A stretch of DNA of 49,266 nucleotides from Hydrurus foetidus (Eukaryota), in the NCBI GenBank assembly GCA_900617105.1, contig UYFQ01000043.1:1-49266 (forward strand), in the 5' to 3' direction. The position numbers and the translations under genes were made by a program. Shown one piece after another: positions 40,952 to 49,266 of this stretch (within the stretch, counting starts at the first letter, position 1; every line of letters starts with the position of its first letter). A model generated the notes under the pieces. The model had not been told where the DNA came from and did not search any database. It was given only the letters and a program-made list of their open reading frames with translations.

Positions 40952-43900
40952 TCATTTCCCCTCCACCCGCGCCTCCACCTTCACCCGCGCATTCGGCCAC
41001 TCCCCAAACATCTCCGGCGCGTACATGGCCTCTGCCCTGGACGGGGGCAGGGCGAAGTCACCAGCGTTGTTCAGCCGCACGGTGTATTCCATCTTCACCA
41101 CGCCTTTCGGCAAATACTCGTAGTAGCTGCGGAAGGATTCGAAGCTGCGTTCTTCAAACGCGGGCCAACCGGCACCGCTCTTCTTTTCGCCCGCTGTGGC
41201 TATCGCTGAGTCTCGGCCCAGGCCGCTGCCCAGGATGGTGGCACCGCCGGGGATGGGGTCGGTGATGGCGACCCAGGTCATGTCGGCGCTGGCGTTGACT
41301 TCCAGGGTGATGCGCAGCACGTCACCTCGGGTGTATTTGCCGGGCACGGCTTGCTCCACGGGGGTGATGGTTTTTTTGATCTGGTAGCCTGCGCTGAACG
41401 GGGCTTTCAGGGCCACAGCGGCTACCGATTGCAGGGTGAGCCAGGGCTTGCCGCTGCCTTGCTGGCTGACGGTCAGACTCTCTTTGCCACCGTCTTTGCC
41501 CCAGGGCAGGAACAGGGTGTTGTTGCGCAGATTACCGGGGCTGGCGGGTGCGCCAAACGCTGTGGTTTGGTGGGTTGCACCGCTGGCATCGGTGGGTTTG
41601 ATGCGCTCCACGCGCGACCAGTCCACCAGGGCGCTTTGCGCCCCCAAGCTCGCTTTGGTGAAGCCCGCGACCGGCGTGGCCTCGAACTTGGCGCTGAATT
41701 TTTCCAGTGCCAACCCGCCCCACAGGTTCGCCGTGGTCGTGCTCCAGGCACCGCGTTGCTGGCGGGCGATGAAGCCGTTGGCGAGGCGGGGGAGGTCGTC
41801 TTTCCAGGTGGGGTCGTCCATCACGGCGAGCAGCAGGCGGGCGGTGTTCACGTCGCCACCCACCATCAGCCACCACCAGTAATCGTCTTGTTCGGTGCTG
41901 AAAATCAGCTTGGTGCCTTGGGTGCTGAGGCGGGCTTTGAGGATGTTGCTGGCCTCTGCGATGCGCGTCTCACGCTGGGGCACGTCACTCACGCGGCGCA
42001 GGATGTTCAGCCAGTCGATCACCGCGCTGGTGGGCCACTGGTTGGGGGCGAGGGTGATGCTGGCGAGCATCCGCCCTTGGGCTTTGCCGTAGCGCGAGAG
42101 GGCTTCAAGCGCGGCGAGTTTGCGCACGTCGAGGTCTTTGCGCGGGCTCCAGAACTCGCGCTGGATGCGGCCTTCCACGAAGGCGATCAGACCGCGCTCC
42201 ATCGGTGCGCGCACCTCGTCAGACAGCGCAAACAGCGGGTTGACGCTGGCGGCTTCATGGGTGGTGGCGAGCAGATAGGCGGTCAGGGTGTCGCTGCCCC
42301 GGTTGGCCTCGCCGTCGCGCGGTGGGAAGTAGTTGGCGAGGCCGTCGCTGTCCAGGTAGGTGGGGATTTGGGCTGCTACGTTTTGCCAAAGTTTGCCGTC
42401 ACGCAGGCCCACGGCTTTGCTGGTTTTTTGCTCCAGGCAGGCGAACGGGTAGTTGACGAACCAGTCGCGTACGCCGGGCAGACCTTCGGCCAATTTGGGT
42501 TGCAGCGAGAGGCGCAGACCGCCCCGGCCAGGGATCGCATCAGCGGGTGGGGCCACGTCGAGGCTGAAATTACTGTCAACCTGCACCAGCGTAGCCTGCT
42601 GTACCGTCAAGGGGATGGCGGGGATGATGCGCTGGCGTGCTTTGAGGGCATCGCGGGCCGCCGTGTTGGCGTTGATGCCTGCTGTCACGTCTTTGGCTTC
42701 AATCTCCCACAGGATGGCCTCGGCGCGGGTCTGCGCGAGTTGCGCAGGTGCGGTGACATTCCATACCACCTCTTTGGCCTCTCCAGCAGGTATTTCCAGC
42801 GTTTGTTGCTCTACATTCAATAGCGTCGCCTTGGGCGTAACCAGCACTTTCATCGCCTGTTTGGTGGTGTTGCGCAGCGTGAATTGAGCACGGAATTGGT
42901 CGTCCTCACGCACCAACGGCGGCAGGCCACTGATGATTTGCAGGTCTTGCGTGGTGGTGATGCGGGTTTGGCCGGTGCCGAACAGGCTGGTGCCGCTGTC
43001 CGCGATGGCGACGATGTTGAACGTGGTCAGCGCGTCGTTCAACGGCACGGTCAGCGTGGCTTGGCCATTGGCATCGAGCACCACTTTGGGGTTCCACAGC
43101 AGCAGGGTATCGAGCAATTCACGTGTGCCGCTGCGCCCACCGCCACCGCCCGCAGGCACGGCTTTGCGGCCATAGTGGCGGCGACCGATGATTTCCATTT
43201 GCGCGGTGGATGTTTCCACGCCCCAGGCGCGGCGCTGCAACATCGCGTCAAGCAGGTTCCAGCTGCGGTTGGGCATCAGTTCCAGAAGGGCTTGATCGAC
43301 AGCGGCCACGGCCACTTCAGCGTTGGCAGCGGGTTGGCCGTTGGGCAGTTTGGCGCTGAGGGTGATTTTGGCGGTGCCGCGCACCGGGTAATTGGCTTTG
43401 TCGGCCACCACCTTCACGTCCAGCTGGTGGGCTTGGGTGCCCACGCGGATCTCGGCCACACCGAGGCGGAAGGCGGGTTTGCTCAAATCGACGAGGGCGG
43501 TGGGGGCCACGTATTCGCGGCCCTCGAACCAAAACGCCGTCCACCATTCACGCGGTGCCTTGTAGCCCCAGGTGAACAGGCTGTACCACGGCACCTCGCG
43601 CAAACGGCCCCGCAGCGCCAACACGCTCACGTAGACATTCGGCCCCCACTCGGGTTTGATCTTGAGGCTGACGGTGGGGTCTTGGCCGTTCAGTTGCACC
43701 ACCTGCGTTTCGATGATGCCTTCACGCTCCACAGCGACCAGGGCGGTGGCGAAGCGAAAGGGCATGCGCACCTGGAATTTGGCCGTCTCACCGGCTTGGT
43801 AGCTTTTCTTTTCGGGCAGCAGGTCGATGCGGTCGGTGTTGTCGCCACCGAACCAGAGCTCACCCTGCTTCGTCACCCACACGGTGCTGGCAGCTTGCGT

Positions 43901-46900
43901 GGTGTTGCCCTCTTTGTCTTTGGCGGTGACGATCAGCTCCACTTCCCCTGGCTCGCCCAGTTTGGCCTCGCACAGCAGCAGGCCACGGCTGTCGCTTTTG
44001 CCGGTGCAGACACTGCCTAAATCTTTGGTGTCGGTCTTGTTGTCGTAAGCGTAGAAGCCGCCCACCATGCGTTTGCGGCTGGTGGTGGTGATGCGGGCCA
44101 CGGCCTTGACCTCCAGCGCCACATCGGCCTGCGGCTGGCCGCTCAAGTCCAGCGCCAGGGCTTGGAATTTGACTTGGCTTTTAACCGACACCCAGCTCTC
44201 GGTCTTGATACCCGCCACCACGCCCGCAGGCCACAGCGCGTTCACGCTGCGCAGGGTTTGCACCTCGCCGTTCGGGTCAGCGTAGGTGGCTTCCAGCAGC
44301 AGCTCTTGGGGGCGTTTGCTGACGGGGATGTTGGCGATGCTGACTTTGCCCGCGCCGTCTTTGTCCAGCGTCACCGGCAGTTTGTCGGCGATGACGCGCT
44401 GGTCTTGGTGGGCGGCGGTTTCTTCTTCACCGTCGCTGGTGGATGCCGTTTTGTCGCGGGGTGGGTTGAAGCTGAAATCGTCGTGATCGGGGAAATTCAT
44501 GAACCGGTCGCGCACCAGGGCGGACACACGCACTGGCAGTCGCGCCGCAGGGCCACCGGCGACGTAGTTGATTTGCACGCTGGCGGGCACGGTTTTGGCG
44601 TTGACCAGGGCTTTTTTGTCGCTGGGAAACACCGGGGTGACGCGGCCTTCCAGTACGGGCAGGCGAAATTCTTCAACGCGGAATTCACCGGTGTTGTAGC
44701 TGGCTTCAGGGTTGCTCGGTGTTTTGCCCTTCAGCTCCAATGCATAAACGCCCAGTTTGGCCGCTGCGGGCACCTGAAAGCTGCTTTCCGCGCTGCGTCC
44801 GCCCGTGGTGGTTTTGCGCCATGCCAGCGGCTGGGTGAAGCTTTGCCCACTGCCCATATGGGTGATGACCAGGGTGTCGGGGCTGCTGGCGGGCAGGCCA
44901 AAGCCTTGCCGCGTCTCGCTGCGCAGGTAATGCTTCATCGACACGGTTTCGCCAGCCCGCAGCAGGGTGCGGTCGAACACGGTGTGTGCCCGGTTGTCGG
45001 GTTGCGCCTCGCGGCTGGTGGGCAGGTTGAAGCGCCAAGGCTCGATGCCACGGTTCCAGTCGCTCCAGGTGAAAGCCATGTCGTCTTCGGTGGCGGTGCT
45101 GTTGCCGCTGGCGGTTTTGGCGCGGGCGCTGACGAAGTAGGCGTTGTTGTAATCATTGCCCTGGCATTGCGGTGCTTCGGGGGCGAGGCCATTGAACATC
45201 ACCACGCCTTGCGCGTTGGTGCTGCCGCTTATCAGCGCTTTGCCGTTGCAGTCTGACACCTGCACGCGGGCGTTGGCGACGGGCTGGCCTTTGTCCAGCG
45301 TTGTGACCCAGGCGGCGGCGTTGTCGCGGCCCAGCTTGAAGTGAACGCCTAAGTTGGTCACGAGGGCGGAGGTGCGCACGTACATGGTTTGCGGCTTGCC
45401 TTTGGCCTTTTCCAACAGCGAAGCGCCTAACCGTGGCGAGGCGATTTCTACAACGTGGAAGCCGGTGGCTAGCGGAATGCCTATCACCTCAAACGGGCGT
45501 GGGTCAAGGCTGGCTGGCTGGGGCAAGTCCAGCGTTTTGGCTTGGGTTTGGCTGGTTAGCAGGGGGATATCACGTGACTGCCTGTCTTGTTGATCGGCGC
45601 GTTGAACCAAGCGGTACCACTTGATGATGTCCGCATCGCTTTGGAGCTGCAAATCGCTGACTTTGCCTGCGCTCAGGCGCTTAACGGCCAGTGCAGCTTC
45701 CACGTTGCGCAGGGTGACAGGCAGCAGGGCGAGGCTGCCGGGTTGGTTGCCCTTGGGCAGGCTGTCTGGCTCGGCGTAGCGCTCCACGATGCCAAAGGGC
45801 GAGGCGGCAAATTTGGCCAGAGGCGGCATCGCGCTGGTCGCCACTTTCATTGGGAAGTTGTCGGCGTTGCGCAGTGTGCGGCCTGCGGCATCTTGGAAGC
45901 TTTTGGGCAGCTCCAGGGTGAAGGGGGTTTGCTCGGGCAGCAGAGCGGGGAAGCTGATGTTGTTCACCAACGCATCGCCCTTATCGCCGTTTTCTTCGTC
46001 CTTCTCAAAACGGGGCTTGAAGCTGTCTTTGGCAGAGCGCAGCACCACGGCCTCGGCCAGTTTGCGGGGTACCGGTGCGTTGAAGCGCAACGTCATGGGC
46101 CGCATGGGCAGGCAAGCGGATTGGGCGTTTTCGCGTTCGCAGTTGAAGCTGGCCGCAAAAGGCTCGCGCACCTTGAAGCTGAAGCGCTTTTCCACCGTGT
46201 TGGCGACACCCGAGGGTGTGCTGACCCCTTTGCCGTACACCAGTTGCACCTTGCCGCCTGCTGTGAAGCGTCGGTTGCAGGTGAGGGCGACGAAAGCCTG
46301 AGGCGCTTTGGCCGCTGCTTTGGTCAGGCCCAGTGAGGCAAGTACAGCGGTGCGTTCGGTGGTGTCGAGCAGCTTCACGGGGACACGCTCACCCAAGCCT
46401 TCAACGGCACACCAGACGTTGGCCTGCACCGAGGTGGGTGTGGCGGGGCCACTCAAGCGCAGCACAAAGTACTGCGCTTCGTCCACCGCATCGTAGGTGT
46501 CGGGCCAGGTGGTTTGGACGTAAGGGCCACCGGTGTTGAAGGTGTAACTGGTTTTACCGCTCAGTGGCTGTCCGTTTGGGGTTTTGAAACCGGGGCGTGC
46601 TTGCACGTTGCAATTCACGCCAGGGGGCAAATCTTCGTTGAAATCAAACGCCCATTCTTTGTCGCTGACCCAGCGGCCCATGCCTTGGGTGGCTTGCGGA
46701 TCGGTGCTGCCGCTGCATTGCAAGCTTAAGGGGGCTGGGGCTTTTATGTCGCCAAAGGGGATCGCTGGTACATTGAACTGCACCACCAGTTGGCGCACCT
46801 GGGCGACTTCGCCCTGGGGTGTGAGGCGGGTGATTTGCAGCGTGGATGCTGGTGTTTGCGCTGACAGCTGTGCACAGAGCAGCAGCCAGCCCGTGGCCAT
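40952..46900 (-). CDS. Bacterial alpha-2-macroglobulin (YfhM-like)
   Basis: ~2000 aa with MG domains (DRTLLRAGE, FRVEEF, AVDQALL, PLNDALTTF), thioester CLEQ motif, C-terminal AEAMYAPE; start may lie further upstream (up to 47017). Confidence 0.95.
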   Translation of the reverse strand: MATGWLLLCAQLSAQTPASTLQITRLTPQGEVAQVRQLVVQFNVPAIPFGDIKAPAPLSLQCSGSTDPQATQGMGRWVSDKEWAFDFNEDLPPGVNCNVQARPGFKTPNGQPLSGKTSYTFNTGGPYVQTTWPDTYDAVDEAQYFVLRLSGPATPTSVQANVWCAVEGLGERVPVKLLDTTERTAVLASLGLTKAAAKAPQAFVALTCNRRFTAGGKVQLVYGKGVSTPSGVANTVEKRFSFKVREPFAASFNCERENAQSACLPMRPMTLRFNAPVPRKLAEAVVLRSAKDSFKPRFEKDEENGDKGDALVNNISFPALLPEQTPFTLELPKSFQDAAGRTLRNADNFPMKVATSAMPPLAKFAASPFGIVERYAEPDSLPKGNQPGSLALLPVTLRNVEAALAVKRLSAGKVSDLQLQSDADIIKWYRLVQRADQQDRQSRDIPLLTSQTQAKTLDLPQPASLDPRPFEVIGIPLATGFHVVEIASPRLGASLLEKAKGKPQTMYVRTSALVTNLGVHFKLGRDNAAAWVTTLDKGQPVANARVQVSDCNGKALISGSTNAQGVVMFNGLAPEAPQCQGNDYNNAYFVSARAKTASGNSTATEDDMAFTWSDWNRGIEPWRFNLPTSREAQPDNRAHTVFDRTLLRAGETVSMKHYLRSETRQGFGLPASSPDTLVITHMGSGQSFTQPLAWRKTTTGGRSAESSFQVPAAAKLGVYALELKGKTPSNPEASYNTGEFRVEEFRLPVLEGRVTPVFPSDKKALVNAKTVPASVQINYVAGGPAARLPVRVSALVRDRFMNFPDHDDFSFNPPRDKTASTSDGEEETAAHQDQRVIADKLPVTLDKDGAGKVSIANIPVSKRPQELLLEATYADPNGEVQTLRSVNALWPAGVVAGIKTESWVSVKSQVKFQALALDLSGQPQADVALEVKAVARITTTSRKRMVGGFYAYDNKTDTKDLGSVCTGKSDSRGLLLCEAKLGEPGEVELIVTAKDKEGNTTQAASTVWVTKQGELWFGGDNTDRIDLLPEKKSYQAGETAKFQVRMPFRFATALVAVEREGIIETQVVQLNGQDPTVSLKIKPEWGPNVYVSVLALRGRLREVPWYSLFTWGYKAPREWWTAFWFEGREYVAPTALVDLSKPAFRLGVAEIRVGTQAHQLDVKVVADKANYPVRGTAKITLSAKLPNGQPAANAEVAVAAVDQALLELMPNRSWNLLDAMLQRRAWGVETSTAQMEIIGRRHYGRKAVPAGGGGGRSGTRELLDTLLLWNPKVVLDANGQATLTVPLNDALTTFNIVAIADSGTSLFGTGQTRITTTQDLQIISGLPPLVREDDQFRAQFTLRNTTKQAMKVLVTPKATLLNVEQQTLEIPAGEAKEVVWNVTAPAQLAQTRAEAILWEIEAKDVTAGINANTAARDALKARQRIIPAIPLTVQQATLVQVDSNFSLDVAPPADAIPGRGGLRLSLQPKLAEGLPGVRDWFVNYPFACLEQKTSKAVGLRDGKLWQNVAAQIPTYLDSDGLANYFPPRDGEANRGSDTLTAYLLATTHEAASVNPLFALSDEVRAPMERGLIAFVEGRIQREFWSPRKDLDVRKLAALEALSRYGKAQGRMLASITLAPNQWPTSAVIDWLNILRRVSDVPQRETRIAEASNILKARLSTQGTKLIFSTEQDDYWWWLMVGGDVNTARLLLAVMDDPTWKDDLPRLANGFIARQQRGAWSTTTANLWGGLALEKFSAKFEATPVAGFTKASLGAQSALVDWSRVERIKPTDASGATHQTTAFGAPASPGNLRNNTLFLPWGKDGGKESLTVSQQGSGKPWLTLQSVAAVALKAPFSAGYQIKKTITPVEQAVPGKYTRGDVLRITLEVNASADMTWVAITDPIPGGATILGSGLGRDSAIATAGEKKSGAGWPAFEERSFESFRSYYEYLPKGVVKMEYTVRLNNAGDFALPPSRAEAMYAPEMFGEWPNARVKVEARVEGK
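42773..42824 (-). repeat. Bipartite palindromic motif copy inside the alpha-2-macroglobulin gene
   Basis: Reverse complement: GCTAT-N7-AGAGC-N7-GCTGG-N5-CCTGC-TGGAGAGGCCAAA. Confidence 0.7.
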
Positions 46901-47055
46901 CGTTTTTAAAGCAGCGTTCAAGTGTATTCTCCGTGAGTGCGGCAACTGTACATGGCGAGGAAACGGGTATTCCAACACTGCCAACACGGCCAGCCGTATT
47001 GGTTTAGAGTCTGTCAAAGATCAAAGATCAAGGAGCTTCTCCGGTCCGTCCCCCC

Positions 47056-48063
47056 ATGACTGATAACACTACCCTTCAACAGCTGGTCCTCGCACAAGCG
47101 CAAATCAAGCAGCTGGAGCAGCAAGTGGCTTTGGCCGCTTCCAACGTCAAAAATTTGGAGTTGCAGCAGTCTGCCGTTCGGGCGACCGAAGAATGGTACT
47201 GGGCCATCATCGAATCGTCGCCTGATGGCTTACTGGTTGAAAGCGAGGTTGGTCAGATTTTGTTCAGCAATCCACGTGCTGATTTGATATTTGGGTATGG
47301 TACCGGCGAGTTGGCAGGGCACCCTGTCACGTCGCTGGTTGCGCCCTCGGTACGCGATGGGTTTGCCTCTCTGCGGACTGATTTTTGGCACAACGCCCAA
47401 GCCCTGCACTTGGTGGGTGGCGATTTGAATCTGCAAGGCCTGCGCAAAGATGGCAGTGAGTTGCCCATTGAAATCAGCGTAGCCAAGCTGCCCTTTAACG
47501 CCGAAATGGGCCACTGTTTGTGCATCACTGTGCGCGATGCCACGGCCCGCAAATCGGCAGAAGCGGCTTTGGAGTCCGCCAGGGCCACAGCAGAGGCGGC
47601 GCGCCAGCAGATCATGTCCATCTCAGACGCTTTGCCGCTGGCTGTTTACCAGCTTGAGGCCGGTGCTGATGGTCTAGTTAGCTATAATTTTGTGAGCAGT
47701 CGGATTGAGCAAATTCTAGGGGTGAGCGCCACCACATTGCTTGCTCGCCCCGCAGAGCGCTGGCGTTATGCGCACCCCGATGATGTGGCTTGCGCACAAG
47801 CACAAATTACCCATTGCAACAAAGTGCTGCGTGACGGCACTGACTACATTCCGATTGATGTCGAGCTGCGCTATGAAATCGATGGAAAAGTCAGTTGGGT
47901 TCGCGTCGCTGGGTACGCCGATCCACCGAAAGCGAATGGCGATATTGTGTGGTGCGGCTATTTTGTAGATGTCACCGAGCGGCGCAACACCCAAGAGGTG
48001 CTCATTAAAGCCCGTGACATGGCCGAGGCAGCTGCGCGTACCAAATCAGATTTTTTGGCCAAT

Positions 48064-48094
<31 letters not shown>

Positions 48095-49266
48095 CGATCA
48101 TTGGCCTGGCACACATTGTGCTGAACACTGATTTGTCGGCCCAGCAGCGCAGTTACCTGAAGAAAATACAAGACTCCAGCCAGCACCTGTTGCGCATCAT
48201 TAACGACATTTTGGATTTTTCCAAAATCGAAGCCGGCAAACTTTCTATTGAAAATACTGAGTTTGTGCTGGAGCGTTTGCTCGACAGCGTGAACAATATG
48301 TTGCAGGAAAAAACCCAAGCCAAAGGCCTGGAGCTTATTTTTGACATTGCACCTGATGTGCCCTACAGCCTGGTGGGCGACGGCTTGCGGGTCGGGCAGG
48401 TGCTGGTCAACTACGCGAACAATGCAGTCAAATTCACCGCCAGCGGTGAAATTACCGTTTCCGTAGCGGTGCAGACGCGTGATGCCGATGGCATCGTGCT
48501 GCGCTTCGCGGTGTCGGACACTGGCATCGGCCTCACGCCTGAGCAGATGAGCCGCTTGTTCCAAAGCTTCAGCCAAGCCGATGCCTCCACCACGCGCAAA
48601 TACGGTGGTACAGGCCTGGGGCTGGCCATCAGTAAAAATTTGGCCCAATTGATGGGCGGTGATGTGGGCGTTGAGAGCGAGCCGGGCATTGGCAGCACAT
48701 TTTGGTTCACCGCTCGCATGGGGTTGGGCCAAGAGAAGCCGCGCGAGCTGCTTCCTTCTATTGATTTACGTGGCCGCCGTGTGCTGGTGGTGGACGACAG
48801 TGACAACGCCCGTGCCGTACTGACTCACATGCTGCGCAGCATGAGCTTTGACGTGAGCGATGTACCCTCTGGCTTTGACGCGATTGAAGAGGTGAAGCGG
48901 GCTACGGCTTTGGGCATCCCCTACGAACTTATTTTTGCCAATTGGCGCATGCCCGACCTCGACGGCATAGAGACCGCAAGGCAGATCAGGGCGTTAGGGA
49001 TGACCCCTGAACCTGTACTTGTGATGGTGACGGCTCATGCGCGCGAAGAGCTGTTGCACCAAGCCCAAAGCGTGGGGTTTTCAGAGGTGCTGGTCAAGCC
49101 CGTGAACGCCTCGCTGTTGTTCGATACCGCCATGCAATTGCTGGGCGTGAAGCTTTTACCTGGCAAAACCCCCGATGCGGAGCCCCGCCCTGGCTTGCAG
49201 CCACAACTGGCGTTTGCCCAACTGGCAGGGGCTCGGATTCTTTTGGTTGAAGACAACGAAATCAAC
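47056..49266 (+). CDS. PAS-PAS hybrid sensor histidine kinase, 3' end outside window (absent from the ORF track)
   Basis: Own translation from ATG 47056: two PAS domains, [15 protein letters not shown]-box, [25 protein letters not shown]1, start of REC2 (LLVEDNEIN). Confidence 0.95.

Noticed and set aside
48046..48732. Minus-strand ORFs listed in 47230-49265
   Set aside because: Antisense to the plus-strand hybrid kinase, which the ORF track missed because it runs off the window

Overview
Chromosomal window from a GC-rich betaproteobacterium; gene content, order and protein style suggest Comamonadaceae (inference, no database search). The left half is conserved housekeeping: gltB (3' part), gltD, a PAS-GGDEF-EAL gene, mlaFEDACB, an ABC pair, bolA/ibaG, murA, hisGD, an AT-rich insert, hisCBHA, a yeaD-like gene, hisFIE, a membrane protein, HIT and tatABC, then a convergent monomeric icd. 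The right half is more accessory: two paralogous NHL/beta-propeller lipoproteins, an orphan ParB-like protein, MipA/OmpV, a Tat-type hydrolase, lldD, a GyrI-like plus AraC-GyrI pair, pbpC, an alpha-2-macroglobulin and the 5' part of a hybrid histidine kinase. Two observations stand out. (1) A ~4.1-kb insert splits the alpha-2-macroglobulin/pbpC pair. In it an NHL lipoprotein gene is bracketed by a duplicated 38-bp LuxR-type gene 3' end and by inverted TCTGACCC/GGGGTCAGA REP-like motifs, next to a remnant of a REP-associated tyrosine transposase, suggesting REP/RAYT-mediated cargo capture. (2) A fixed-geometry bipartite palindrome (GCTAY-N7-RTAGC-N7-GCWTR-N5-YAAGC) recurs at least 8 times, mostly inside essential coding sequences. 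No rRNA, tRNA or CRISPR array was seen.
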